Positions 1 through 13,878 of a stretch of DNA of 64,000 bases are shown here, piece after piece. Source of the DNA: Eledone cirrhosa (Eukaryota). The stretch covers positions 367,350,001 to 367,414,000 of the forward strand of contig OZ024740.1 of NCBI GenBank assembly GCA_964016885.1, in the 5' to 3' direction. Made by a program: the position numbers and the translations under genes. The stretch's first letter is position 1. Each line of letters starts with the position of its first letter. The notes under the pieces were generated by a model. It searched no databases. It was not told the DNA's origin and was given only the letters and a program-made list of their open reading frames with translations.

Positions 1-263
1 CTTCGTAAATACTATAATTATTCAGTAAACATATATTGAAATGAAGTTTCAAACCATGTCTATAGACGTTTTAAATGTAATGTAAAGAAGAATATATTTA
101 TATTTTTGCCTTTATAATTTAAGTGTTCCTCAGATGTAAAAGCATTCTTCCTTTTTGTGAAAAGGTTGAAAGGAAAAGTTTAAAGAGCAATTCCTCTAGT
201 TATGTTAAGTCAAGTAACAATTCTTACAATTGGAACGCAATTATATAATTCTTTTTGACTTTA

Positions 264-1176
264 TCTATATATATAAAACTGTGGTTGTCTGTCTGTCTAT
301 CGATTTTTGGCACACATCTCCTCTTAGAATCTCTCACGGAATTGCACCGAAATTGCTATACTTGTACATTGAGCCCTAGCGAAGACATCGGAAAAAAAAA
401 ATTTCAAATTGACCCACCCTATGTGACGAAATCGAATATAATGTATCGATTTTTGAGCGTAAGTTATCAGTTATTTCCCTTTGTTCTGTTTACATTGAAC
501 GTCTTACGTAAAAAATTACGCTGGCTTTAACAGTTGTCGAGCCAGCAAAATATTGACCTGCAAAATTCATCAGTTCGAACACTAAGCTTCCGTTTTGCTT
601 CATTTCCATTTAAAAGCATTTTAAAACAATATTTTTACTTGAAAACAAGTCTATTTAAAGACTACGTCAAACAAGCAAATATTTCGTCGTTAGGCGTGCA
701 GACAGACAGTCGTGCAGACAGACAGTCGTGCAGAGAGGTGATATACGCGTGCAGACAGACAGTCGTGCAGAGAGGTGATATAGGCGTGCAGACAGACAGT
801 CGTGCAGAGAGGTGATATAGGCGTGCAGACAGACAGTCGTGCAGAGAGGTGATATAGGCGTGCAGACAGACATAACTGATAATTTGGTTACGCTAATGTT
901 TTTCTCTGCGTTGCAGTGTTTACATTTTCGATCTTTGTTAATAAATAACCAGTGCAGTTTCTATCCCCAGCATCCTCTTTTGTTATAACATTCGGGTTAT
1001 CGTTATGTTTCTTAACTTCATAAGGCATATTGTTGGTTGAGGGAATATTAATCAAAAACACCACATGCAAGTCTGCACAGTAGACACTACAGTTTTTAAG
1101 CCAAGAAAGAAACTCAACATTGTAACTTTAACACAGCTACTGAGCGACCCCGAGCAACGCCGGGCTTTACTGCTAG
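264..1176 (+). mobile_element. Non-autonomous Helitron, copy 1 of a head-to-tail pair
   Basis: Starts with TC after A263 (TCTATATATATAAAAC). Ends with subterminal hairpin CCCGAGCAACGCCGGG followed by CTAG. No TSD or TIR. Confidence 0.85.
692..872 (+). repeat. 37-bp minisatellite inside the Helitron
   Basis: Unit AGGCGTGCAGACAGACAGTCGTGCAGAGAGGTGATAT, about 4.5 copies. Equivalent array at 1603-1767. Confidence 0.9.
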
Positions 1177-2072
1177 TCTATATATATAAAACTGTGGTTG
1201 TCTGTCTGTCTATCGATTTTTGGCACACATCTCCTCTTAGAATCCCTCACGGAATTGCACCGAAATTGCTATACTTGTACATTGAGCCCTAGCGAAGACA
1301 TCGGAAAAAAAAATTTCAAATTGACCCACCCTATGTGACGAAATCGAATATAATGTATCGATTTTTGAGCGTAAGTTATCAGTTATTTCCCTTTGTTCTG
1401 TTTACATTGAGCGTCTTACGTAAAAAATTACAATACACGAACAGTTGTCGAGCCAGCAAAATATTGACCTGCAAAATTCATCAGTTCGAATACTAAGCTT
1501 CCGTTTTGCTTCATTTCCATTTAAAAGCATTTTAAAACAATATTTTTACTTGAAAACAAGTCTATTTAAAGACTACGTAAAACAAGCAAATATTTCGTCG
1601 TTAGGCGTGCAGACAGATAGTCGTGCAGAGAGGTGATATACGCGTGCAGACAGATAGTCGTGCAGAGAGGTGATATAGGCGTGCAGACAGATAGTCGTGC
1701 AGAGAGCTGATATAGGCGTGCAGACAGACAGTCGTGCAGAGAGGTGATATAGGCGTGCAGACAGACATAACTGATAATTTGGTTACGCTAATGTTTTTCT
1801 CTGCGTTGCAGTGTTTACATTTTCGATCTTTGTTAATAAATAACCAGTGCAGTTTCTATCCCCAGCATCCTCTTTTGTTATAACATTCGGGTTATCGTTA
1901 TGTTTTCTTAACTTCATAAGGCATATTGTTGGTTGAGGGAATATTAATCAAAAACACCACATGCAAGTCTGCACAGTAGACACTACAGTTTTTAAGCCAA
2001 GAAAGAAACTTAACATTGTAACTTTAACACAGCTACTGAGCGACCCCGAGCAACGCCGGGCTTTACTGCTAG
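1177..2072 (+). mobile_element. Non-autonomous Helitron, copy 2
   Basis: Near-identical to 264-1176. Its TC directly follows the CTAG of copy 1, and it ends CTAG followed by T2073. Confidence 0.85.
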
Positions 2073-5000
2073 TATATGTTATACGAATTCTATAGGAATG
2101 TGTTATTTTATATTAGTACCGTTTGTATATTATATATCAACACATTAAGTTAAATGACTTTTTCATTTACAAAGAAGAATTTTAAAGTTAAGTGGCACTT
2201 AATGTGCTTACCACATTAAAAATGCTTTAGACATCATCGTTAGTTTCTTTGTGGTAATAGTTAATAGGAAATGTAGTTTATTTATAGATAATACACAAAT
2301 GATTCTTTGTAATTCACTATTCTTTGTAATTCACATTTTCCTGCAATAATTCCTATATGAAGTTTTGCAAAACTATACAATTAGACAGTTACACGTCGAC
2401 AAACATTTCTACCGAATGCTAAAGCTTATACAGTGTGTTAAATTTCTTGAAACCATTATCTTTAGGTTTAATTTTATGAAATTATTCTGGATAGAAAAGG
2501 AAATAGATACCACTCCACGCTAACCCAACTATCAGAATGATGGGGCATCTCTGCTTTATGAAATATATGTGTGAGATTAACGAATACAAAGCTAGTGTTG
2601 AAGAGTTACATATATTTCTACAAACAGGAAATGATCATTTTAGATTATATAATATCCATGAGAGCCAGGTCTCCTGGACATATTATATACTACATATTAT
2701 TACTAATATTTTCAAGAATCTCAATTATATTTATTCAATCTCACATACAACGATCTCGATAATATGAAAGGAAATAACGTAAAATATAAATAAAAACATT
2801 TAATCGTAGAGTTCATGCCCCTATTTTAAATGATAATGTTTTATTATAAGTTTTTGCTCGGCGTCCCAAAACACTCATAATCGCCTGCAAATATGCTATC
2901 AATATACTTAATTGAGTTAACACTAGACTTAATAATATACCAAACTGTACGTTACTTTGAAGTGTAATAACATAGAATTGCAAGTAATATAATACGAGCA
3001 TACAAACTGTCATTGATGTTGATTAGTGATACATAGAACATAAAATTATGACATATTGACAATGTCTATAATAGACAACATAGAGCTGTGTCCAATACCT
3101 CTACTACATCTCAGTAATGTGTTTACTTTGTAATCTAAATATGCTCAATTCGATTCTCATTATTGGATTCATGAACAACACATAACTCATCGTAATTTCA
3201 CTATTGGTCGGAAGGACAACCGTGATTTAATTGAATTTGTATACAAACACAATGATAGGATTTAACAAGAGATGCGACAGGATTTAGATAATTCCTCCCA
3301 GTAACAAATTGTGACAAGAGGCAGAGAGCTGACAGAAGAAAAAAGGAGTATACTCAGAGTTTTTGTGATACTTGAGGAAGAAACCGATGTTTCAGTGATA
3401 GGTTGGATAGCCAGATTATTAATAAACCTAAAGCCTCGAATTACTAAAACATAAAACAAGGGAATGGGGTATTAATACCCAACGCTAGCGTTTTGTGTCA
3501 TGGAAATAGAGACATCAGCTGAACAATCTCGATTCGCTAAATTTAAACATCATTCAAACACAAATTTATGAGACATATTCACTTGGTGTCCTTTTAACCG
3601 ACGTTGAAGATAGTGTGGTGTAATAGTATTGTTGTGGAGAAGCATAGACATAGAGCTAAGAACGATATTTGTAAAACCGGAATGTAAGATAGTGGTCGCA
3701 GATTTGAGCAACTGTACAGCTGGTAGTGATGCCAGTCTGGTAACCGTATATGTCGCTGAATAGTAAGGATGGTTTTTACATAAGTATTGGCTATATAACA
3801 AGATACTATGTACCAATATACTACATCAGTTATTGTTTCCACTCAGTCATTTCTGGCGCTTGTTAAATCAGGTTTGTTTTATAAGCATAACTGGATTTTC
3901 CTCTAATCACAGAGTTTTCCTTGCGATGTAATTTCTTTGATGTATCGCTGAAATAGATATCAGTAATACACAGTAGTTTGACTTAACTTGTTTAGCAACA
4001 GATTTGTCACCCATTACTCTATCTGTAACCTCTGTTTAGTTCTTGAAAACATATTACCGCCAATATTATCTTTTATCTAATTTGGGTTGATAAAATAAAT
4101 ACCTGTTAAGAATTAGAGTCGATCTAATCCTCCACTCTCTCTCCCACATATTTTGGGCCTTTGCCCATTTTAGTAATGACAATGTTTCTTGTATATCTAA
4201 TTTTGGTATATTCGAAATGATAATACATTTTGAAGATTTAGAACTCAAGAGAGATGATATTAAAATCCTTAGTCAGGGTCCAAAGCAATGATATCATATT
4301 AAATTATGATCAATCATTATGAAAATCTACATAAATCAATTCTCTAAATAAGTACTAAATATATGTTTTAATGAGATTATAGTAATATATAACAATGCGA
4401 TTCCGCCTCTTGATTGGATCTATTTAAAATCACATTTTTAATGACCGCGGAAAACGCATGAACCGCTAAATTCTCCTTTCAATATTTGTCAGACATCTTC
4501 AAACCTAAGAGAACAGCGCGGTCTATACATTTGGTAGCCTTAAGAATATTTCTAAATTTGCATGAAACAGTATATTCACAACATTCAGATGATATATTGT
4601 ATACTCACTTGGCAAACCGTAACTTCCCAAATAGTAGCAACCGTAACTTCCCAATAATATATAAACGGTGAACATAAAATCACGTTGTCTAATCGGTTCA
4701 AGGGAAGATCTAGGCGCTTCAAAACTGTTCAAATATTGATTCTTTTTACAAGGAACAAGACCCCTTTTGAAATATGGTATGGAAGTTGCGGTGGCTACGA
4801 ACTCAATATATTAATGACACTTATCCTTAGTGAGTAGATACATATATAATTATAAAAAAACTATATGCCATTTTGTCCGGCGAATTACTTCCAAGGCAGA
4901 AAAAAAAATCGCATTCAAATACATTCTTTGGTCAAACAGACAAATCTTTCGTTCGGTATATGAAAAAAATCAAAGGAAATTCATCGAATAGAAACATTAA

Positions 5001-5314
5001 TGATAACCATCACGGATTCACTGAATGGCAGCTGGAAAAGTTTTCAATGACAGTTTGACTGAAATGAAAGCAAGAATGTATTTTTTGTGAGTTTTGTCAA
5101 CACGTTTCTTTTACAATTTAATATTTATGAAAAAGTCAAAAGCCATTATATTAATGTTATTATATCATTTGGTGAATATAGTTTTCATCTGTTTCTCCCT
5201 AGTGAAACTTCTTTAAGGAAATTGGTATCCAGCTGACTTTGTATTAAAAGTAGCGAAACTACTGTATTTTAACAAAACAATAATGTATAAGTTGAAAACA
5301 TACACAGAAAAACA

Positions 5315-6414
<1,100 letters not shown>

Positions 6415-6419
<5 letters not shown>

Positions 6420-6907
6420 ATGCTTTGGGAGGGTCATATTGCCAATAAGAAACACACGCACCAGTTGCTTTCACTCCAATTTATTATAAAGTAAATTTAT
6501 AAATTTAAGAATTTATAAATTTTCTGTTGGTTGGTTGGTTCCATAACCGGGCGGTTGTTCATATATTGTCAAAGTTCTTTCGTCACACATTATGTGACCT
6601 CTTCAGTGACTGGCGATTCTTTTCTTTGTTTTGTGCCTCTCCTTTGTTCTGTCCTACGCCATCTTGTTTTTGTGTGTTGTGTGACGAAAGAACTTTGACA
6701 ATATATGAACAACCGTCCGGTTATGGAACCAGCCAACCGGGAATTTTTAAATTCTTAAATTTATAAATTTAATTTATATAAATTGGAGTGAAAGAAACTG
6801 GTGTGTGTGTTTCTTATTGGCAACATGACCCTCCCAAAGCATAACAATATCGGTTTCAACCAACGTTTTCAGATAAAGAATCTTGCTAAACAAATTCAGA
6901 AACGAAA
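6415..6907. mobile_element. Palindromic HHR-bearing PLE terminal (pLTR-like) insertion, family B
   Basis: Inverted arms at about 6415-6590 and 6680-6850, with an extra tail to 6907. Flanked by (TA)n. Homologous to 33915-34096 and 40488-41098. Confidence 0.75.
6568..6610 (-). ncRNA. Minimal type I hammerhead ribozyme
   Basis: GTCA-CTGAAGA-G-GTCAC(ataatgt)GTGAC-GAAA-GAAC-TT-TGAC. Confidence 0.8.
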
Positions 6908-7001
6908 TATATATATATTTGCCTAATCTCTGGAGTATGGGTAATATCATTTACATAACGGAAATTAGTATTTACTAATTGGTTGGATATATGTACTTCT
7001 C

Positions 7002-7044
<43 letters not shown>

Positions 7045-7047
<3 letters not shown>

Positions 7048-7102
7048 AACCAGTAAGACCCCGACAGCTGAGCTCAAGCCGTTTCGACGGCTAATTCTGG
7101 AC
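7045..7102 (-). mobile_element. Short terminal fragment of family C (3' half of the HHR) in (TA)n
   Basis: Identical to 29667-29725. Confidence 0.75.
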
Positions 7103-7652
7103 TATATATATATATAAATGAAATAACAGGAGGCTGGACTGGTGTAAATTCTTGAAAGGTTTATTATACTATGATCATTTCAATGACCGGGTTCCATATG
7201 AATCCGGTGATATCTATATATCATGATATATTGGAATATAACAAAGGAATGTGTAAAAAGCCATGGGTCCGAAAAATCAGCTGACCGATTAGCTTCACAG
7301 CCAGCCGCCCTCAAAATGTTGGGAACTGAAAAACTACCAATGAATATCTGGTGAGGGGGCGAAGGCTTACAATGCGCTACCACCACTCCGTCAAAGAAGA
7401 AGGGGAAGAAAGAAAGAAAGGGAGAAAAAAGTGTAGTGTAAGTGTCAAACTACATTCATGTTAGAAAATGCCGCGAAAAAATGCCGCGAAAATATGCTAC
7501 TCAAAGAATCTATAATGGGTGTCTGTATGGTCTAATGTGTGAACCGAAGATTGGAACGTTATCCACAATATTACACCAGGATTGACCATACGGAATGGCC
7601 AGTTCTATCCAGTGGTGAACCAACAAACCTAAAGATATATATATATATATAT

Positions 7653-7742
<90 letters not shown>

Positions 7743-7976
7743 TTAGAAACACACAGATACATGCGGACACACACATATATACAAGAATGCATCCGCACCC
7801 AACTGTGAGTTAAGGGTGCCAACTTCACCGATGTTGCTCAATGAATGACTGGGACAGACCAATTCAGTTTGAACCAGACTGAACCAGTATCAGAGTTAAA
7901 AATACATTATGAAGAGAGAAGAAACATTTAGATATAATTAGTAATAAAATGTATCATACCTAAACTGTTCCTAAAT

Positions 7977-8064
7977 TCCTCGACTACGTAGTTTCGTGGC
8001 ATAAACAAAAACAATATATCAAAGATATAGAGTCCTTGCGAGGTCTGCCGACTTATCAAGAGGA
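7977..8064 (-). ncRNA. Type I hammerhead with variant core UUGAUAA (U3-A8)
   Basis: TCCTC-TTGATAA-GTCGGCA...TGCCAC-GAAAC-TACGTA-GTC-GAGGA. Helix III is palindromic. Confidence 0.75.
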
Positions 8065-8368
8065 TACCTCATTTTACTAGTCTCAAGAACGCGTCTACAC
8101 GACGTGAGAAAGAATCCCAAAAGGCGGAGGGGGAGATAGTCACGCGATATAACGGTCGAGAAACAGAGCTAAGCCTCTTATAACCACGAAAAAAATACCA
8201 CGGAGGCGGAGGGGGTATTCATATCGAGGCCGTAGAAGAGGTAGTGAAGAAGGCGAGAAGTATGAGTAATGGAAGCTTTCCAGTTGTCCCCATATATATA
8301 TATATATATATATACATATATGAAATATATGAAATATAAGAATCAAAGAACTGTTCAAAACATTTTTA

Positions 8369-8415
8369 TGCTTACAGCTGTTTCCTCCAAACTGAGGTTT
8401 GGATTATTCGGAGCA
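8369..8415 (-). ncRNA. HHR-like motif with altered core (CCGAAUA)
   Basis: Reverse complement of 9126-9172. Confidence 0.5.
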
Positions 8416-9125
8416 ATTTATTAATGAATGAACACTTATATCACCTCCTTTTCACCCCAGAGACATACAGATACATATGCAAATATTGTGGGTCAACATT
8501 CATTACAGCATTTAGGTAGTATTTCGATGTCGATTCTCGAAACGTAACATCCTCCTGTATTGAATTAAAGAACATCAGACTACGATTCTCTAACTGGATT
8601 GTCAAACGCTCAATATCGAATTGTCGTGGATTATGTGAGGGGCATATAATCTGAAAAATACACTCCCCAGACTATGAAAATGTCGAAGTACATGAAGTCC
8701 ATATCCCTTCGCTGCGCATTTCCAATATTTTAAATATTTTTAATGCTTGCACTATTTTTAATGCTTATATTATTTCTCCACACACAGACTATAATAATCA
8801 TATAAAGAATTTGTCACCAGATCAACCAACCTAACACTCTTGTTTACCTACTTAAGTGCTTCTACTACACGTAACTCTCTGCCACACTATATAAACAAGA
8901 CGCACGTGCTTGCCACACATATAACCTTTGCACTATATAACCGCTTATTTTCATGTTGTATTTTAACCTGTATTTTTTATTGTATCTTTTAATATGAATG
9001 TAATCTCTAAGTGTGTACTGCCACTCTAAATGCTGTAATGAATGTTGACCCACAATATTTGCATATGTATCTGTATGTCTCTTGGGTGAAAAGGAGGTCA
9101 TATAAGTGTTCATTCATTAATAAAT

Positions 9126-9172
9126 TGCTCCGAATAATCCAAACCTCGGTTTGGAGGAAACAGCTGTAAGCA
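9126..9172 (+). ncRNA. HHR-like motif with altered core (CCGAAUA)
   Basis: TGCT-CCGAATA-A-TCCAAAC(ctcg)GTTTGGA-G-GAAAC-AGCT-GTA-AGCA. Confidence 0.5.
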
Positions 9173-9811
9173 TAAAAATGTTTTGAACAGTTCTTTGATT
9201 CTTATATTTCATATAACTGCTCTGTAAATCATCTGATGCTTTTACATTGAGCTACTTAACTTACTGGTAATAAGGTAGTAATATATTACTGCCTACCACT
9301 ATTTAAGGGTTTGTATAAAAATATATATAACTGCAAAAGGTTTTTGTATTTACATAACCATAAATAGTATAATTAATACTATATATATATATATATATAA
9401 TAAACACACATATATATATAGGCTAGTTTTCCTACACTATATCACGAACACAGCTCTTTCCGTTATGTTAAAAAATTGGTTTAAACATAGCATAACTGCA
9501 TTTTGATTCTCCGTAGACTTTCGTTAGGTAAATATTGACAATAAAGAATATTCTTTTTATCCTAATCATAAAAAAGTATTGTTTTACTTTAGAAATGTCG
9601 GGGATTTTCTGGAACATTTAATGCCATATTTGATATGACACGGAAGCTCGTATAAAAGCACTCACAAGGTTTACTAATCGGATCTACGTCTATAAAATAT
9701 ATTTTGATTACTTTTTCGTATAATAACCACCATATATAATCTCCCACATCTACTTGAAGTAGCATTGATATGGTTCCATAATTCTACACACACACACACA
9801 CATACACACAC

Positions 9812-9869
<58 letters not shown>

Positions 9870-9880
9870 GCACATATGTG

Positions 9881-9921
<41 letters not shown>

Positions 9922-9923
<2 letters not shown>

Positions 9924-10263
9924 CAAGTAAGAATATTCTCGAAACAGCGAGCGGGTTTGAAATTATTATAAATGTAAGCTATCGCCGTATGTTGACTAAA
10001 GAAATTAAAGAAATTATTTAGCCTGATAGTGGGGTTACGAACCCTCGGTGAAATGGAAAAAGATGGGTATTGCGGTACATGGGAGTCAAACCCACATCTT
10101 TAGTTATCCACATTTTTGGTCTGGATAACCAAAGATGTGGGTTCGACTCCCATGTACGTCAATACTCATCTTTTTCCATTTCTCCGAGGGTTTTAACCCC
10201 ACTATCAGGCTAAATAATTTCTTTAATTTCTTTAGTCAAAATACGGCGATAGCTTACATTTAT

Positions 10264-10267
<4 letters not shown>
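9922..10267. mobile_element. Palindromic insertion with a tRNA-like head
   Basis: Arms at about 9962-10109 and 10121-10267. The + arm has TTGGT(ctggata)ACCAA and GTGGG(TTCGACT)CCCAT stem-loops. Left tail 9922-9961. Flanked by (TA)n. Confidence 0.6.
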
Positions 10268-10321
<54 letters not shown>

Positions 10322-10323
<2 letters not shown>

Positions 10324-12480
10324 CGGAGGAAATGTGGTAAGGAACCAGGTGGACCATAACGCACCAAAGTACTCAATACTTAGGGTAGTAGAGTGGGTAA
10401 TAGGAACGAGTAGGACCCCGACGGCTGAGCTCAAGCCGTTTCGACGGCTAATTCTGGACTAAATGAACATTTTTATCCTGGTATTTGAATAGCCGAGCTT
10501 CTCAAGGGATAATTCCTTATATGGTAAAAGTGATTGTCACAAGGATTGGTCAAAAGTTTGTTGTTGAGACATAATAATTCTATCATGGCAATTTGTTGAG
10601 GGAAAGGGTAGCTGAACCTGCCAGTAGGAGAAAGAGGGAGAGGGGTGGAGGAGACCCAGACATGCGTTGATAGTGCCGACTACAGCTGGGCATGAGATCA
10701 AAGAAGATACTAGGGAGGGGGAGGGGGAGGAAGTCGAAACAGTAAGTAAAACAATATGGGGTAAATATATAGAAAAATACCGAGAGTGTTAAAAAGCACT
10801 AAATGTTAAAAAAATAAACAATTTCTGGTTACTACGACCTAAGGACAGCTATCAAGTCTCTCACTGGTACTGCTAGGCTAAAGAAAGGTTTACTAGGTGG
10901 GACGGAATTATAATGAGACCCTTTTAAGAGGTATAAGTAATAAACCGAGTATATCTTACGGTGACGGGTCAACAAGTGAGGGGCCAAAATACTAAAGAAA
11001 CTACCCCAAAATAATAAATAAAGGTTTCTACCCCAGGCACAAGGCCAGCAACCACCCAGTGCAAAAAAAAATAAACTAATACGAAATAATAATGCAGAAA
11101 CCCGAAAAAGAGCACTAATACTATCTCTAAGGATGCCGCCATGATACAAAAATTCTAGTGCAAACTACATACATAAATGCTCGTACGAAGTATATGTATT
11201 AATACAGAAAATTAATTCAGACCCCCCTCCCCCCCACACACACAAAAAAACAACTGATATACGAGAAATTAAAGCAAAGATACCGGTAATAAATATAGAA
11301 AGCACGGAAAAGAGGCAGCGATCGGATATAAGAAGGCAAGTATCCGGGGTCAAACACATCTGCTATAAAAAGCGGAGTCGGCCAAATCTATCATAGAATA
11401 GGGGAAGGGGGTGGGGGTACTGAGGCTACAAAGGACCGAGGGCTGCCTCGGGTGGGCGAGAAAATGAAAAGGACGACGACAAAGAAAGAGGACTGGGGTG
11501 GAAGGACTAGGGAGGGATGGGGTGAAGAAGGAAATATAGAGGAAGCGATAAAAAGCTATAAAAGAAGATCTTACGTCTAACTTTGCAAGCAGGGGTTACC
11601 CATTACAAAATCGGCAAGTGGGATGTTATAGCCCTAGTCTACCCCCTGGGTCATTATGAGGTTTGAGGGCGAGGTAAGTACTACGCAATCTGTGTTTACA
11701 TGCAGTAACCAGTTCATCTTTCTTGTTTAGGAGTTGGTCCGTCGAAAACAGCATTTGTAAAGTTTCCTCCGAGCATAAATTGCACGGACGACGTCCTCCC
11801 GTGTAAGAGTTGGCTCTGGACAGTAAGCTCCAAGTGAGATCATAGGTAATGTTGTTATCCTTGAGGTCCCATATGTGGCCCGAAAGTGTAGTGGCGTGAC
11901 GCCGGGCCGGGTTTCGGAAGGTATGTCTGTGTTGGTATAGCCGGGTCTTGAAGTCACATGCGGTTAATCCTATATAAGCTTTGTTGGAGGTGTCCGTCCT
12001 CACGTTGCACTGGTAGATCACATTACGATCTCTGCATCTGTTGTCGAGGGGGCAAATGGATCCATCAGGACAGTTGCACCTCCTGGTCGGCTCTCCACTG
12101 CTATTTAGGTTATTTCTTCCATAGGGGTTGAGTTTTTTGTCGTTGGAGGAGACGATGTTTTGTGCAAAGTTTGGTGTAGTGCTGTAAGAGAGTTTGATGG
12201 TATTTTTGTTAATTATGTTGTGGTAGCGGTGTTGCATTGGGAAGTGTTTTTCAATGAGCCTAAAGAATATTTTCCCGATAGGAGTTGTCACCTCGGCGTT
12301 GTGGGGAGGATTGAACCATGTTACATTGTGTGAGCGGCGGTGTCGCCTGCTGGTTCCGCTAATGGAAGCTGGACAGTCGGATAGAGCACTTTCCGACCCT
12401 ACCACGCCGTATCCACTTTTGGTACCATTCGAGAGGCACAGAAACGTTTTGTATCTCCCACCATTGTAAATATTAAAAAT
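10322..12480 (-). mobile_element. 5'-truncated Penelope-like element, family C
   Basis: GIY-YIG ORF followed by a 1.3-kb 3' UTR containing an HHR, ending in (TA)n. Confidence 0.85.
10415..10510 (-). ncRNA. Type I hammerhead with variant core UUGAGAA
   Basis: ATCCC-TTGAGAA-GCTCGGCTA...TAGCCGTC-GAAAC-GGCT(tgagctc)AGCC-GTC-GGGGT. Confidence 0.75.
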
Positions 12481-12483
12481 CAA
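11626..12483 (-). CDS. PLE C-terminal linker plus GIY-YIG endonuclease (truncated ORF)
   Basis: Motifs WFNPP, KLSYS, CNC..CPL..C, VIY..YIG, FKTRLYQH, CNLC..E. Homologous to the ORF at 38027-39355. Confidence 0.85.
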   Translation of the reverse strand: MIFNIYNGGRYKTFLCLSNGTKSGYGVVGSESALSDCPASISGTSRRHRRSHNVTWFNPPHNAEVTTPIGKIFFRLIEKHFPMQHRYHNIINKNTIKLSYSTTPNFAQNIVSSNDKKLNPYGRNNLNSSGEPTRRCNCPDGSICPLDNRCRDRNVIYQCNVRTDTSNKAYIGLTACDFKTRLYQHRHTFRNPARRHATTLSGHIWDLKDNNITYDLTWSLLSRANSYTGGRRPCNLCSEETLQMLFSTDQLLNKKDELVTACKHRLRSTYLALKPHNDPGGRLGL

Positions 12484-13348
12484 GAATAGACAGTCTCGGG
12501 ACCCAACTTCATTTTTACAAAATGTGTAATAATTAATTTGATCAAACTTCCCGCGATATCTTTTCCCCTTTTATTTAAATCTTTTCTCATATTACCTTCT
12601 AGTATCAATTATTCCGCTCAAGAATCTGTTTAGTTACGTACATGGCCCTGGGTTTCCATGTTGCTGTATACATTTCTGTTTATATGAATATTTTGTGTAA
12701 AATAATGCTTTATTGTATTAATTGTGAGCAGTTTTGAGCATACTCTCCACGTGACTGAACAAATATGTTACACGTTATGAAGCTACAATTTTGGTAACTG
12801 GTTACTGAACAAGCTATAATTTCTTCATTTACTGAAATCCCATTATGATTCAATGATAGGAAACAAGTACGCAAAGTGAATTGCAAGTGACTCTAATGGA
12901 GAACGAGAGAAAATTTGAAGACATTAAGAGTAAATTTCCGAGTGGATTTATATAATAGCAAAAAGTGAGTAATACACACACACACACACGTGTGTGTGTG
13001 GGTCTGAGTGTGGGTCTATGTGTGCGTGCGCGTATGTACGCATTTTACCTGAGATTAGTATTAGCAGTAACTGGGGATTTAATCCTGCGACGACATACTA
13101 GTGTCCTGTAAAGAGAATCATGTACACACAGTCACTTAACTCCAAGGAAACTAAGGATAAGCAACGGACGGTCTGATGAGCCTTCGATTTACAACAACGT
13201 ATATATGTATGTGTACGTGTCTTCCTGTGCTTGCATGCGTGCCTGTATCTATCAATCTCTCAATCTCCCCCTCTCTCTTTATATATATATATATATATAT
13301 ATTAATTTAAAATATTAACAAATGTAGACATTCATGTCATCAAGTATA

Positions 13349-13411
13349 TTTTATTATACATATTTCAGAGGTACTGAGCTATCTTCAACAGTACGTCCTC
13401 ATCAGATAAAA
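13349..13411 (-). ncRNA. Type I hammerhead
   Basis: Reverse complement of 13528-13590. Confidence 0.75.
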
Positions 13412-13527
13412 TAAGATGATGCTAGACATATCTTGACTAAGTAGATGGTTAAAAGTTAGTCATGGCAGTGACTGCCATGATGAATTTTAACCATCTACTT
13501 AGTGAAGGTATGTCAAGCATCATCTTA

Positions 13528-13590
13528 TTTTATCTGATGAGGACGTACTGTTGAAGATAGCTCAGTACCTCTGAAATATGTATAATAAAA
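13528..13590 (+). ncRNA. Type I hammerhead
   Basis: TTTTAT-CTGATGA-GGACGTACTG...CAGTACCTCT-GAAA-TATGT-ATA-ATAAAA. Confidence 0.75.
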
Positions 13591-13842
13591 TATACTTGAT
13601 GATACGAATGTCTATATTTGTTAATATTTTGAATTAATATTAATAACTCTGGAAAACCAAATACTGTGGGGTCCTTCTAATCTATTGTAAAGCTTTATTC
13701 ATTGATTTATTCATTGAACCTTGTTTAACCTTTAAATATATATATATATATAGTGAAAAATTGAACGGGAACAAAACAGAGAGGCAGTACGAACTTATTA
13801 GTTTATTAGTTTCACGCTCTTGAGAGTGGGGTGGTGGTGGAG

Positions 13843-13878
13843 GACGACGTTTCACGCATAAGCCCTTCTTCAGGCGAA
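13843..13878 (-). ncRNA. Decayed minimal hammerhead, probably from an old PLE 3' end (about 13750-14530)
   Basis: CTGAAGA-AGGGC(ttat)GCGT-GAAAC-GTC. Helices I and II are imperfect. Confidence 0.45.

Larger units (their letters stand above)
8325..9380. mobile_element. Inverted-repeat element with an HHR-like motif in each arm
   Basis: Arms at about 8325-8514 and 9027-9214, with a right-hand tail to about 9380. Flanked by (TA)n. The spacer has a weak 'IKEHQ' GIY-YIG-like trace. Confidence 0.65.
13300..13737. mobile_element. Palindromic HHR element
   Basis: Near-perfect palindrome 13300-13640 centred near 13470, with a right tail to 13737. Flanked by (TA)n. Confidence 0.75.

Noticed and set aside
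692-872. 37-bp repeats resembling a CRISPR array
   Set aside because: Contiguous with no unique spacers, and inside a eukaryotic Helitron.
4300-5200. Possible Tc1/mariner remnants (also about 22150-22600 and 26640-26830)
   Set aside because: Only vague similarity; no TIR pair or DD34D/E motif could be read.
7510-7633. Possible GIY-YIG tail ('LDRTGHSV')
   Set aside because: Too short and degenerate to support.
13173-13190. CTGATGAG cores here and at 27387 and 54069
   Set aside because: No correctly placed downstream GAAA or helix III.
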